Part shown: piece after piece, positions 49,394-60,900 of the stretch
Layout of the letters: the number at the start of each line of letters is the position of its first letter
How positions within the stretch are numbered: position 1 is the first letter of the stretch
NCBI GenBank assembly: GCA_013298715.1
Contig: JAAFIQ010000006.1
Coordinates: forward strand, 96,080-160,079
Length of the DNA: 64,000 bases
Direction: 5' to 3'
From: Bacteroidota bacterium
GTDB taxonomy: Bacteria; Bacteroidota; Bacteroidia; B-17B0; Aurantibacillaceae
Made by a program: the position numbers and the translations under genes
Notes under the pieces: generated by a model
What the model was told of the DNA's origin: nothing
What the model saw: the letters and a program-made list of their open reading frames with translations, nothing else
Database searches by the model: none

Positions 49394-50545
49394 TCAAACA
49401 ACAACACTTCTAACATCATCCCTCAAATTATACTTACTGCTCATTACCTCGCCGTAAGCGCCTGCACTGCGTATCGCAATATAATCGCCACGGTTAGTTT
49501 TGGGTAAATAAACTGCTTTACCAAAGCAATCGCTGCTTTCGCAAATAGGACCAACAACATCGTATTTTATTTTTTCAATTTCTGAGTTGTTTTTACTAAT
49601 GTTTTCTATTTTATGGTAAGCTTGGTAAAGGGCTGGGCGAATCAACTCTGTCATTCCAGCATCTAAAATTAAAAAGTTAGTGTTAATGCCTTCTTTAATG
49701 TATAACACCTTGCTAATTAAACTTCCACATTGCGCAACAATACATCTGCCCAATTCAAAATGTATTTCTTGGCTTGGACGAATTTCTAAAAAGTTTTTAA
49801 AAATGGCAAAGTACGCCTCAAAGTCAACAATAGCTTGGGTATCGGGTTCTTTGTAGTTTATTCCTAAACCACCACCTAAATTAATATGATTGAGTTTAAA
49901 TCCCTTTTGTAAAAACCATTTGTTAATTTCGTTTACACGTAAGCATAAATTTTTGTAAGGTGTTAAATCTTGAATTTGAGAGCCGATATGAAAATGTAAA
50001 CCAATTAATTTTACATGACTTAAAATTTTTATTACATCTATTACGGCTTCAAACTCATAAGGATTAATGCCGAATTTATTCTCCTCTAAGCCAGTGGTAA
50101 TGTATTTATGTGTGTAAGCATCAACATTAGGATTGATGCGCAAAGCCACCTGTGCAATTTTATTATTTTTTATGGCAAGCTCGTTTATGACTTTTAATTC
50201 GTGAATACTCTCAACATTAAAACAAAAAATGTTTTGGCTTAATGCATATTCAATTTCTTTATCGCTTTTTCCAACACCAGCAAACACCACACTTTCGGCG
50301 TCAAAACCATTTTCTATGGCACGTTTAATTTCGTTACCACTAACACAATCTGCACCTAAGCCTGCATTTTTAATTTCGCTTAATAAAAGTGGATTTGAAT
50401 TTGCTTTTAGCGCATAATGTATGTGATAATCTTTAGAAGCCGCATTTATTAAAGCTTTTAAGGTATTTCTTAGTAATTTAATATCGTAAGCATAAAAAGG
50501 CGTTTCTATACTACTAAAATTAGTTATGTGATTTTGAGTAAACAT
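49394..50545 (-). CDS. lysA: diaminopimelate decarboxylase
   Basis: PLP-lysine region HYALKANSN, GGGLGI, and CESSD near the C-terminus. Confidence 0.9.
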   Translation of the reverse strand: MFTQNHITNFSSIETPFYAYDIKLLRNTLKALINAASKDYHIHYALKANSNPLLLSEIKNAGLGADCVSGNEIKRAIENGFDAESVVFAGVGKSDKEIEYALSQNIFCFNVESIHELKVINELAIKNNKIAQVALRINPNVDAYTHKYITTGLEENKFGINPYEFEAVIDVIKILSHVKLIGLHFHIGSQIQDLTPYKNLCLRVNEINKWFLQKGFKLNHINLGGGLGINYKEPDTQAIVDFEAYFAIFKNFLEIRPSQEIHFELGRCIVAQCGSLISKVLYIKEGINTNFLILDAGMTELIRPALYQAYHKIENISKNNSEIEKIKYDVVGPICESSDCFGKAVYLPKTNRGDYIAIRSAGAYGEVMSSKYNLRDDVRSVVV

Positions 50546-50554
50546 AAATTTAAA

Positions 50555-51877
50555 TTAATAGTTAAACAATCCTATATTTAAAGCTTGTAGAGCTTGTTTT
50601 TTTAAATCGCCATTTACAAGAACCGAAACATTATTTGCACTTCCGCCATAACTCACCATACGCAATGGTATATCTTTTAATGCTTCTAACACTTTAAATC
50701 CGTAGCCCGCTGCATCCTTTGGTATTTGGCCAACAATACAAATAATAGTTTGGTTTTCATCTACTTCAACACTTGCTATTTCTTTTAATTCCGATAAAAT
50801 TTCGTTTAAGTTTTTATTGTTATCAATTGTTAATGATACGGCAACTTCACTTGTAGTAATCATATCTATTGGCGTTTTATAACGTTCAAAAATCTCAAAC
50901 ACACTTCTTAAAAAACCATGCGCTAACAACATTCTATCACTTTTAATATTAATAGCCGTAATACCATCTTTTGCGGCAACAGCTTTAATTCCATTACTTG
51001 TAGCTATGTTTGCAATTAATGTTCCCGTTGCATTTGGTTCCATTGTGTTTTTTAAACGCACTGGAATGTTGCGTTTTTGAGCTGGTAGTATACAAGTTGG
51101 ATGTAAAATTTTTGCACCAAAGTAAGCTAACTCAGCAGCTTCATCAAAACTTAATTCTTTTATTGGGTGCGTTTTTGAAACAATTCGTGGATCGTTGTTA
51201 TGCATGCCGTCTATGTCTGTCCAAATTTGAACTTCGCTGCTATAAATGGCTGCACCAATAATAGATGCCGTGTAATCGCTACCACCACGTTTTAAATTGT
51301 CAATCTCGCCAAATGAATTGCGACAAATATAACCTTGAGTAATAAATAGTTTTGCATTAGGGTTCTTTTGTAATTCTAGTTTTAAATGCTCCTCAATGTA
51401 TGGTAAATCAGGTTCTTCGTTATCATCCACGCGCATAAAATTTAAGGCTGGTAATAGAACTGAATCAACGTTTTGTTCTTCTAAATAGAAGTGGAATAGG
51501 GCAGTGCTTAATAATTCTCCTTGTGCTAATATTGCTTTTTCCTCGTTGGCAGTAAACATATCTAAGGTAAAAGCATGTATGTATTGAAAATGATTATCAA
51601 TTAAACCTACTGCCTTTGCAATACTATTGGGCATTGAGAATAATTCTGTTATAACAGTTTTATAAATCTGTTTCAGCTTCTCAATTAATTCCTGCGCTTG
51701 ATTTGTGTTTTTGTTATACAGCGCATTATTAATTTCTACCAACGCATTTGTTGTACCACTCATTGCACTTAGCACAACAATTTTAGGTGTTTCGTTTACC
51801 GTTATTGCTACTAAATTTTTAATGCGTTGCGCACTGCCAACGCTTGTTCCTCCAAATTTTTGTACTAAAAAGTTCAT
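50555..51877 (-). CDS. lysC: aspartate kinase
   Basis: VQKFGGTSVG, VVLSAMSGTTN, and C-terminal ACT domains. Lies 9 nt upstream of lysA on the same strand. Confidence 0.9.
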   Translation of the reverse strand: MNFLVQKFGGTSVGSAQRIKNLVAITVNETPKIVVLSAMSGTTNALVEINNALYNKNTNQAQELIEKLKQIYKTVITELFSMPNSIAKAVGLIDNHFQYIHAFTLDMFTANEEKAILAQGELLSTALFHFYLEEQNVDSVLLPALNFMRVDDNEEPDLPYIEEHLKLELQKNPNAKLFITQGYICRNSFGEIDNLKRGGSDYTASIIGAAIYSSEVQIWTDIDGMHNNDPRIVSKTHPIKELSFDEAAELAYFGAKILHPTCILPAQKRNIPVRLKNTMEPNATGTLIANIATSNGIKAVAAKDGITAINIKSDRMLLAHGFLRSVFEIFERYKTPIDMITTSEVAVSLTIDNNKNLNEILSELKEIASVEVDENQTIICIVGQIPKDAAGYGFKVLEALKDIPLRMVSYGGSANNVSVLVNGDLKKQALQALNIGLFNY

Positions 51878-52125
51878 GTATTTATTCGGTGTTATTTTTG
51901 ATGATTTATTTTTTTAGAAAATTAGTGTTAAGCTTCGTGCACGTATTCAAAACTATATCCCCACAATTAATTTAAAGCTACTCTTTATGTATTTTTTTTG
52001 AGGCATTAGCAAAACAAATTAAACAATAATTTTTCAAATAGAATTTTATAAAGATTCATTTTTTTTTAAACACCTGCTTTATAATTCGTTCTGTTTACTT
52101 ACATTTAAGGTTTAAAAATTTAATT

Positions 52126-52659
52126 GTGCAACCAAAAGTAATTTTACAAACTAAGCAATTTGATGTTACAATAAAACGCATGTGTTATCAATTAATTGAA
52201 GTACACAACGATTTTGAAAACTCTGTTATTATTGGATTACAGCCTAGAGGGATTTATTTAGCAAATAGAATTAAAACAGAATTACAATCTATTCTTAATA
52301 AAAAAACAGTTGATTGCGGTGCTTTAGATATTACTTTTTATAGAGATGATTTTAGAAAAAAGGAGTTAATTCCTAATAAAACCAATATTGATTTTATTAT
52401 TGAAGATAAAAATGTTGTATTAGTAGACGATGTGCTTTACACAGGCAGAACAATACGTGCAGGCTTGGATGCTATGCTTGCTTTTGGGCGACCTAAAGAT
52501 GTGGAATTAATGGTTTTGGTTGATAGACGGTTATCACGCCATGTGCCAATTCAACCTAAATATACTGGGATTACTATAGATAGCATTGAATCGCAAAACG
52601 TAAGGGTGGAGTGGAAGGAAACGGACAAAGTGGACAGAGTAACGTTATTAGATAAATAA
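52126..52659 (+). CDS. pyrR: PyrR (pyr operon regulator / uracil phosphoribosyltransferase)
   Basis: GTG start. PRPP motif VVLVDDVLYTGRTIRA. Confidence 0.85.
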   Translation: MQPKVILQTKQFDVTIKRMCYQLIEVHNDFENSVIIGLQPRGIYLANRIKTELQSILNKKTVDCGALDITFYRDDFRKKELIPNKTNIDFIIEDKNVVLVDDVLYTGRTIRAGLDAMLAFGRPKDVELMVLVDRRLSRHVPIQPKYTGITIDSIESQNVRVEWKETDKVDRVTLLDK

Positions 52660-52661
52660 TT

Positions 52662-53174
52662 ATGCAACCAATAAAAGATAGCTATCCGGTTTATTTTGAT
52701 TACTATTTTACTTTGATAAAATTGAACGATGTTCATGAAACTTTAGCTGAAAATTTGCACGATGTAAAAAATTTTATTGGCTCAATTCCGTCATCAAAAG
52801 CTGATTTTGCATACAGTGAAGGCAAGTGGACAATAAAACAAGTATTACAACATATTATAGATTGTGAGCGCATTTTAACGTATCGCGCTTTGCATATTGC
52901 AAGAAGAGATACAAATGCATTGCTATCTTTTGATGAAAATGCTTACGCAACTAACGCAGATGTATCCCATCTTAGCTTAACTGAAATTGAAAACGATTTT
53001 AAAGCTGCAAGAAATAATACCATTAGTTTATTTAAAAGTTTTAATACTTCTGATTTGAATTTTATTGGAAAAACCGGTATGGGAAATAACAACCCTTTAG
53101 CCATTGGATATTTTTTACCAGGGCATGCGGTGCATCATATAAATGTTATTAAAGAAAGATATTTAATTATTTGA
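52662..53174 (+). CDS. DinB family protein
   Basis: WTIKQVLQHIIDCERI and GHAVHHINVI, a His triad-like pattern. 170 aa. Confidence 0.75.
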   Translation: MQPIKDSYPVYFDYYFTLIKLNDVHETLAENLHDVKNFIGSIPSSKADFAYSEGKWTIKQVLQHIIDCERILTYRALHIARRDTNALLSFDENAYATNADVSHLSLTEIENDFKAARNNTISLFKSFNTSDLNFIGKTGMGNNNPLAIGYFLPGHAVHHINVIKERYLII

Positions 53175-53319
53175 AACTTTTGAATGAGTTATGTTCTTCT
53201 CCATGTATGATTGCATTATTCATTTCTATGTTATTATTTCAACTACCATCCACTTTTTTAATCTTTGTTCAAATCTGAGAACTGAAACTATTAGCTGATT
53301 TCAAGTGAATATTAGGTTA

Positions 53320-54582
53320 TCACTCTGTCAATACCATCTGATGCGTATTTCTAGTGCGTTGTTCAATAATAATTGTTTTTCCTTCACTCAATTTACTAAC
53401 AATATCATCATTATAATTTCTTATAGTCATTAATTGAACAGGGTGGTTGTATAGTACTTTAAATAAATTTTGCAACTCTGTTACTAAAGGTGTAATTTTT
53501 ATTTCGTCAAAATCTAAGCATACACTAAAGCTAATGGCAGAATTTTGTATCATGTTGGCATGTGCATTGTATTTACTAAATGTTTTAAAAATTTCGCTTA
53601 AGTTATCTTCTGCAATGAAACTAAAATCTTTTGGCTGTATAGAAATTAAAATTTGATTTTCTTTAAATATGTAACTCGTAACATCTACACGCTTTTCGCT
53701 ATCTCTAATAACAGTGCCTTCTTCACTAGGATTTAGAAAGGATTTTACATAGAGTGGAATGTTTTTATTTTGTAAAGGTTTTATTGTTTTTGGATGAATT
53801 ACCGAAGCGCCATAATAGGTTAGTTCAATAGCATCGTGGTAAGTAAGCTCATCAATTTTTTTAGTGTTCTTAAAATATTTTGGATCGGCGTTTAATACAC
53901 CCGAAACGTCTTTCCAAATTATAACACGCTCTGCATTGGTAAAGTAGGCAAGCAAAGCCGCGGTGTAATCGCTGCCTTCTCTTCCTAAGGTAGTGGTGTA
54001 ATTTTCGCTTGTACCACCAATAAATCCCTGTGTAATTATAAGTGTATTTGATTCAAAATCAGAATTTAATTGCGTTTTAATTAAATTTTCACTTAAAGCG
54101 TAATCTACTTTTCCTTCGCGGTACGAATTATCTGTTTGAATAAGGCCTCTTGCATCAACCCATTTAGAATTTACATCAACATAATTCAAATAAGCGTGCA
54201 CAATTTTTGTTGCCAATATTTCTCCTAAACCAACAACTTGGTCGTAATGGTAATTGTAATTTTCAGTCTTCTCATCTTCAATAGCCCATTCTATTTCTGT
54301 AAAAACATTTTCTAGTTCTGAAAAAACTATATGGTTTTTGTCTTCAAATAATTCGTTAATTATTTTAAGATGAAAATCTTTTAATTCGTTAATTAAACTC
54401 GAGGCATCTTCGTTTTTGTAGAAGTAAGTTTTTACAATTTCTTCCAATTTGTTTGTTGTTTTTCCCATGGCAGAGATTACAACAATTGTTTTTTTATTGC
54501 CTACATTTTTAATTATTTCGCCTACGTTTTTTACTGATGAAGCATCTTTTACCGAAGCGCCTCCAAATTTGAATACTTGCAT
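53320..54582 (-). CDS. aspartate kinase (second paralogue)
   Basis: VFKFGGASV, VVISAMGKTTN, GREGSDYTAA. Confidence 0.85.
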   Translation of the reverse strand: MQVFKFGGASVKDASSVKNVGEIIKNVGNKKTIVVISAMGKTTNKLEEIVKTYFYKNEDASSLINELKDFHLKIINELFEDKNHIVFSELENVFTEIEWAIEDEKTENYNYHYDQVVGLGEILATKIVHAYLNYVDVNSKWVDARGLIQTDNSYREGKVDYALSENLIKTQLNSDFESNTLIITQGFIGGTSENYTTTLGREGSDYTAALLAYFTNAERVIIWKDVSGVLNADPKYFKNTKKIDELTYHDAIELTYYGASVIHPKTIKPLQNKNIPLYVKSFLNPSEEGTVIRDSEKRVDVTSYIFKENQILISIQPKDFSFIAEDNLSEIFKTFSKYNAHANMIQNSAISFSVCLDFDEIKITPLVTELQNLFKVLYNHPVQLMTIRNYNDDIVSKLSEGKTIIIEQRTRNTHQMVLTE

Positions 54583-54652
54583 GATGCGACAATTTTAATA
54601 CATAATAAAGTATTAAATCAATTAAAATTGATTAGTTTTTATAAGTTACTTG

Positions 54653-55111
54653 TTAAAAAGAAGTTCTAACAAGTTTACTTTTTACAACCATGTCGCTTAA
54701 AACCTCTAAAAGTTTTTGCTTATGCGTTTCACGAATTCCAGTAAGCTTAATCACTTCAACATCGCCATCGTTATAAATAAGTTTAAGCGAATTATTTTTG
54801 GTTAGCGAAAATTTATCAAAATCAACAAGGTAAAAAACTTTATTACTTAATAAATTTTTCTTTATTTCAAACCTGTCTTCAAAAATTAAAATGTAAGGAT
54901 TTAGTAGTATCCATAACGCCTGAAATAAAAAAAGTAAGGTAGGTACTATCAAAAAAAATGCCGCAGGATTTACATCAAACGCTTCTTTTGATATGATGTT
55001 TAAATAAGTTACAAAAATTAGTAATACTGATAACAGGATGTAACCTATTACAAATACAACATTGCGTTCAATATTCACTATCGGAATTTCAATTACTTCA
55101 GCTTTTTTCAC
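54653..55111 (-). CDS. hypothetical membrane protein
   Basis: Two N-terminal TM helices followed by a soluble ~70-aa tail. Confidence 0.45.
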   Translation of the reverse strand: MKKAEVIEIPIVNIERNVVFVIGYILLSVLLIFVTYLNIISKEAFDVNPAAFFLIVPTLLFLFQALWILLNPYILIFEDRFEIKKNLLSNKVFYLVDFDKFSLTKNNSLKLIYNDGDVEVIKLTGIRETHKQKLLEVLSDMVVKSKLVRTSF

Positions 55112-55298
55112 AATGCAAAGTTAAAAATTAAAACTTGAACCCCTAATAAATATAAACGTCTTTTAATATAATTGTGTAAGCGCAAAAATGTTAAAAAACA
55201 CAAGTGGTATTTTTTTCTTATTTTATAATTACTATTTTGTAACGTTTTTAAGAATTTTTCGTTTACTAGTTTAAGAATATAATTTAATAACCCACGCA

Positions 55299-56774
55299 AT
55301 GAATCTACTCAATAAATACACAGTTTCGCTTAGCTTAATTTTCCTAAGCATTAAAGGGTTTTCACAAATAAACTCGGTGTCTATTGACGATCCAATTGCA
55401 GCCATGTTGGATAGCTTGCAAACACAAAAAATGTTTGAAACAGCCTTTAGTAAGCCTATTTTTCCAAAAAATAATAAGTTTAAATTTGGTATTGATAGTA
55501 TTCCAAAGTACGATGATTACACTTACCAAGCCCGTTTGGCAAAATTGGATGCACAATCGCCTTTTGACTTAGTTTATAACGAGCATGTAAAAGGCTTTAT
55601 CAATCTTTATGCTATACGTAAGCGCGAAAGCGTAAGCAGAATGATGGGTGTTTCGCAATTATACTACCCAATGTTCGAAGAAATTCTAGACAGGTACAAT
55701 TTACCTCTCGAGTTAAAACATTTGGCTGTTATCGAGAGTGCTTTAATTCCTTACGCACGCTCAAGAGCAGGTGCAATGGGGCTTTGGCAATTTATGTACC
55801 CAACTGGTAAAATGTATGGCTTAAATGTAAGTTCTTACATTGATGAGCGCTGCGACCCTTATAAAGCCACTGTTGCAGCAGCAGAATATTTAAAAGCCTT
55901 GTATGGTATGTTTGGCGATTGGCAAATGGTACTAGCCGCCTATAATGCAGGGCCTGGCACAATTAGCAAGGCCATAAGAAGAAGCGGTGGCAAAAAAACG
56001 TATTGGGAAATCCGTCCGTTTTTACCGATAGAAACTCAAGGCTATGTACCAGCATTTATTGCTGCAAATTATGTGATGAATTACCATAACGAACACAATA
56101 TCTACGCCTCTGTACCACGCAAAACCTATTTTGAAGTAGATACCGTGATTGTAAAAGAGCAAATGAGTTTTGACCAAATTGGGCAAGCCTTAGATATTAG
56201 TAGCGAAGAAATTTTATACTTTAATCCGCAATACCGTAAAAATATTATACCTGCGGGAGGCAACGCCATGTGTTTGCCAAAAAATAAAATTGGAATTTTT
56301 ATTACTAACGAACAAAATATTTATGCTGCAATTAAGTCACAAAACCAAACGGAAGTTGTTGAAAGTGTGGCCGAAGTTAAAAAAACTCATACTGTTAGAA
56401 GTGGAGAAAAACTAAGCACTATTGCCCGTAAATACGGCGTTACTGTGGCTGATTTAAAAAGTTGGAATTACATAGGCAAAAAAGGAGTAAGAGCCGGAAA
56501 AAAATTAATTGTTTACGTACCTGAAACCAAAACTACCAAACCAAAAATTGAAATAAAAGCCGAATCTAAAAATGAAAGCAACATTGCCTCTAATTCCAAC
56601 GACCAGCAAAATCAGCAATTAGCAAGCGTTGATAAAAAATGGCACAAAGTAAAAAAAGGTGAAACCATTTTTGGAATCGCAAAAAAATATAGTGTTACTT
56701 CTGAAAGTATAAAAACTTTAAACGAGCTTACTAGTAATGGATTAAAAAGAGGCCAAGTTTTGCGAGTAAAATAA
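55299..56774 (+). CDS. lytic transglycosylase (SLT domain) with two C-terminal LysM domains, MltD-like
   Basis: ESALIPYARSRAGAMGLWQFM and AAYNAGPG. LysM repeats HTVRSGEKLSTIARKYGV and HKVKKGETIFGIAKKYSV. Confidence 0.85.
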   Translation: MNLLNKYTVSLSLIFLSIKGFSQINSVSIDDPIAAMLDSLQTQKMFETAFSKPIFPKNNKFKFGIDSIPKYDDYTYQARLAKLDAQSPFDLVYNEHVKGFINLYAIRKRESVSRMMGVSQLYYPMFEEILDRYNLPLELKHLAVIESALIPYARSRAGAMGLWQFMYPTGKMYGLNVSSYIDERCDPYKATVAAAEYLKALYGMFGDWQMVLAAYNAGPGTISKAIRRSGGKKTYWEIRPFLPIETQGYVPAFIAANYVMNYHNEHNIYASVPRKTYFEVDTVIVKEQMSFDQIGQALDISSEEILYFNPQYRKNIIPAGGNAMCLPKNKIGIFITNEQNIYAAIKSQNQTEVVESVAEVKKTHTVRSGEKLSTIARKYGVTVADLKSWNYIGKKGVRAGKKLIVYVPETKTTKPKIEIKAESKNESNIASNSNDQQNQQLASVDKKWHKVKKGETIFGIAKKYSVTSESIKTLNELTSNGLKRGQVLRVK

Positions 56775-56783
56775 ATCAACCTG

Positions 56784-57182
56784 ATGAGTCGTTTTTTCAA
56801 CAGTGCTTTCATCTTAATTTTTTTTTATTCAGGAGCAGTTTTATCTCAACCCAATAATGAACCTATAAAAGATACGTGTATAAAATTACCTAAAGCGTTA
56901 TCAGTTAATTCAAACACAGCCCTTACTGTTTCTTGGAATTGTGAGTTTATGGACTTTAAATTTATGTTACTAGATAGATGGGGAAAGACAATTTATGAAA
57001 CTGACAAATTTAGTAATCCACTTGATTTTAATATGTTTGAAAAAGGGAAGGGTACTAAAAAAGTAGAGTTAAAATACAATTCTGGCGTTTATTTTTGGAG
57101 AGCTAACTATGTTGTAAAAACGCCTGACGGTTTGTCAAAAAGGTTTTCGGTTGGATCTTTAAGTATGACAAATACTGAATAA
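56784..57182 (+). CDS. hypothetical secreted protein (weak resemblance to T9SS type B sorting domain)
   Basis: Signal peptide. LLDRWGKTIYE...SGVYFWRANY loosely resembles the gliding-motility C-terminal domain pattern. Confidence 0.45.
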   Translation: MSRFFNSAFILIFFYSGAVLSQPNNEPIKDTCIKLPKALSVNSNTALTVSWNCEFMDFKFMLLDRWGKTIYETDKFSNPLDFNMFEKGKGTKKVELKYNSGVYFWRANYVVKTPDGLSKRFSVGSLSMTNTE

Positions 57183-57207
57183 AATAATTAATTGAAATTG
57201 TATTCCA

Positions 57208-57870
57208 ATGAAAATAATTATAGTAACATTTTTCATTTTATTTCATTTAAAACTTACTTCTCAAATTGATACAATTCAAATTGATTGCAAAAATGATTTA
57301 AATTTTAATCATAAAGTTAAAAACGGCTATTATAAAATTATTAAAGAAAGAAAATTAATTCAAGAATATAAATTTGTGAATGGAGCCGTTGAAGGATTTT
57401 ATAAAGAATATTATTTAAATGGAAACCTAAAATTATTTTGTGAATTAAAAACTCCTGGCTTTGATAATTTTTGTGGACTTTATAAAGAGTATTATGAGTC
57501 TGGTAATATAAAAATTGAAGGCAATTATAAATTTTTCGATAGTATTGAATGCCCTAATTGTTATGATGAAGAATTAGATAAGCCAATTAAAATTGCATTT
57601 AAAATATTCGCGCGTTATGGTATTTGGAAATCGTATCATGACAATGGGACACTTGAATCAATTGGAGAGTATAAAGGAGTTCATATCATTCATGATGCTT
57701 ATTGTGATTATCCAGAGAACAAGTCTGGTGGTTATTTCTGCTCTGGAGGAGTATCAGTTAATTACTTGAAGGACAAAGAATGGAAAAATTATTCAAAAAG
57801 AGGAAATTTAATAAAGTTGGAATATTTTAATAACGGTTTGTTAGTTCATTACAGAATTCATACTGAATAG
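57208..57870 (+). CDS. MORN-variant repeat protein (YwqK-like)
   Basis: Repeats of the G.YKEYY.NGNLK / YYESGNIKIEGNY / GIWKSYHDNGTLESIGEY type, with a signal peptide. Confidence 0.7.
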   Translation: MKIIIVTFFILFHLKLTSQIDTIQIDCKNDLNFNHKVKNGYYKIIKERKLIQEYKFVNGAVEGFYKEYYLNGNLKLFCELKTPGFDNFCGLYKEYYESGNIKIEGNYKFFDSIECPNCYDEELDKPIKIAFKIFARYGIWKSYHDNGTLESIGEYKGVHIIHDAYCDYPENKSGGYFCSGGVSVNYLKDKEWKNYSKRGNLIKLEYFNNGLLVHYRIHTE

Positions 57871-57978
57871 TGATAAAAAACTCTACTATTTTTTTCTAAA
57901 AAATCTTTAAATCCATTATGCAATTCCCTAATTTTAAACATCTAAACATAAAATTTAGTATATTTAAACATTAAATTT

Positions 57979-60900
57979 ATGGTAGGGCTTAATCGCTTAA
58001 CTAACATCCTATTATCCAAAGCCAAATTTGTTAAAATTGCATGTTTGTTGCTATTCCTTGTTAGTTATTCTCCATTATTTGCCCAAACCTCGGTAGAAGA
58101 TACTAAAAAACAAGCCAATAACTACTTTGAAGAAGAAGAATACAACCTTGCTTACAAACTTTATGCGCAATTAGTTTCTAACTTTTCTAAAGATATTGAA
58201 CTCAATTACCGACTTGGGGTTTGTATGATTTATAGCGAACCCGACAAAAAGAAATGCTTGCCCTATTTAAAGTTCGCTGCTGCTTCTGGAGAGGCTCCAA
58301 AAGAAGCAAAGTTTTATTTGGGTAAGGCATACCACATAAATTATTTGTTTGATGAAGCCATTAAAGCCTATAACGATTATAAAAAAATTGGATCTTCAAG
58401 TAATCAAAAAAAATTACAAGTAGATAGAGAAATTAAAGCCTGTGGCAATGGAAAACGGTTACTGAGCAATCTTTCAGACCTTGAGGTACAAAGTAAAAAA
58501 GAATTAAACGAGGCCGATTATTTTAGAACGTATGATTTAAAATCAATAGGAGGGAAGTTATTGGTAAAACCAGACGATTTTAAAACAGGCGCAGATAAAA
58601 GAAAAAAAGATAAATCAGTAGTTTACGTTCCAAGAAAAGGCGACCGAGTTTACTTTAGTAGTTACGGAGACAATACAGATAATGGAAGAGATATTTTTTA
58701 TAAAACAAGATTGCCAAACGGAACATACAGCCAAGCTGTTAAGGTAAAAGGTATCAATACTGAGTTTGATGAGGATTATCCCTTTTTACACCCCAATGGT
58801 AAAACGCTTTATTTTGCAAGTAAAGGATTTAATAGCATGGGTGGTTACGATATTTTTAAATCAACTTACAACGAAGGAAGTGATAGTTGGAGTATGCCTG
58901 AGAACCTTGAATTTCCTATCAATTCGCCTGATGATGATTACTTATTTGTAACCGATTCGTTAGAAAAAATTGCATTCTTCAGCACAGGCAGGCAAAGTAT
59001 GCCAGGCAAAATTGATGTATTAAAAGTAAAAACCGAACGCAAGCCAATTGATTTAATGGTTTTAAAAGGCACGGTTTTAAAAGAAAATCCTGATCAAAGT
59101 TTATTATCAAAAATTTTAATAAAAAATATTGATAATGGTGCAGAGCTGGGAACGTTTAACGCAGAAGATAACGGTGATTATTTATTGGATTTGCCTAATG
59201 GGGCAAAATTATTGTTTACAGTTGAAACACCAGGTTTAAAAACCCAATCGCAAGGAATTAGTTTGCCTATGGTGCAAACCAGCCGTCCGTTTAAGCAAGC
59301 AATTAGTTACGAAAAAGGAATACTAAAAATTATTAATTATTTTGAAGAAGCGCCTAGCGAAGATAGCTATTTGCAGTACTTAAAACTAATTGAGAACAAA
59401 GCTAAGTTAGATGTAAATTCTGGTAAAAATAATTTAACATCAACTAATAATGGTGTTCCCGTAAATACAAATACCAATACCGCAACTGTTGCTAATAAGA
59501 ACGGAGGAACTTCTACAAATGCTTCAAACTCAAATACGAACACTACCTCTGGCAATACCATTGCAACAGCTACAAAAACAAATAGCACAACAAATTCTAA
59601 TACTGTATCCGCATCAGGCGCTGGCTTAAATAATAAAGAGCTAAGTACGCTCGCTAAAAAAGATGCAGAGGAGAGTAAAAAAGAAGCGGAACAATTTACG
59701 TCAGATGCTAACGACGCCCTTGAACTTGGGGAAACCAAAAAAATTGAAGCTGAGAAAAAAATTGCAAATGCAAACGAAGAATTAAAAAAGATTGAGAGCA
59801 TAACTAATGAAGAAGAAAAAAACAAGGCTACTCAAAATGCAATTGCTATTAAAAACGAAGGCGAAAAAGAATTAGAAGCAGCAACTAAAATAATTACTTA
59901 TGCTAATAATTTAAAAGAAGATGCAGGAAATAAAATTAAAGAAGCAGATTTAAACAACCAATACGCCAATGAATTAGAGAAGGTAATCAACTCTAAAAAC
60001 CCATCAAAAGAATCACTTACTAAATTAGAAAGCTTGCAAAAAGAAATTGAAAAAGTAAGTGCAATAAAAAACAAATCAGAAAACTTTATTGGCGATGCTA
60101 AAAACGAACAAGAAGAAAAAGAAAAAGAAATTACAGCAATTGAGACAAACATTAGTGTTGGTAAGCAAAACTTAAATGAGATAAATAACGAGATTAAAAC
60201 AACCGAAGAAGAATTAAGCAAAGCAAAGAAAAAGAATAAAGCAGAAATTCAAACCAAGTTAGATGAATTGAAAGCTGACAAAATTGAAAAGGAAAAACAA
60301 ATTGCAACAAACGAAAATAAATTAAGTATACTAAAAGGAGATTTAGCAGGTATCAATAATCAGTTAGAGATGGCCAATAAAATTAAAAATGAAACTATTT
60401 CTACTAAACCAAGTACGGTTGCAATTGCATCTACAAATTCAACAAACACTAGTGGAACGGCAATTGCTAAAGATGGCGTCAGTCCTACGGTTGAAAAAAA
60501 TACGGTTACTCTATATTCAGTTCAAAACAAATACCAATATAAAGTTAATACGATTGATATCAATAACAAAACAAGCATTAACGAAAATACCACCGCATTC
60601 AAAAATTACAACAAAGAAATTGATGCCGCAATAGCAAAAAACAAAATTGAATTAGGAAAGGCTAAATCGTCAAATGATAAAACGTTTATTTCAGATAATA
60701 TTAAATTATTAGAAGAAACTAAATCTAATAATCAACAACAAATAATTGCCAATAACAAGGCACTTATTGAATTAAACAATAACACCGCTGTAACCAGCAA
60801 TTCAACCACACCAAGTAACACGGCTTCTATTACGTTAATTCAGGTGTCAGCAACCGATAGTAAAGGTGCAATAAATGAACTAGATAAATTAAACAATGGC

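Noticed and set aside
51878-52125. Possible lysine riboswitch or PyrR-binding leader in the divergent lysC/pyrR intergenic region.
   Set aside because: It shares only short words with the L-box. I could assemble no multi-helix junction, and there is no ARUCCAGAGAGG-like PyrR site. A covariance-model scan is needed before any call.
55108-55299. 63-aa minus-strand ORF in the divergent promoter region upstream of the lytic transglycosylase gene.
   Set aside because: It has a basic, low-complexity composition and occupies the only space available for the promoters of the two flanking genes, so it is likely spurious.
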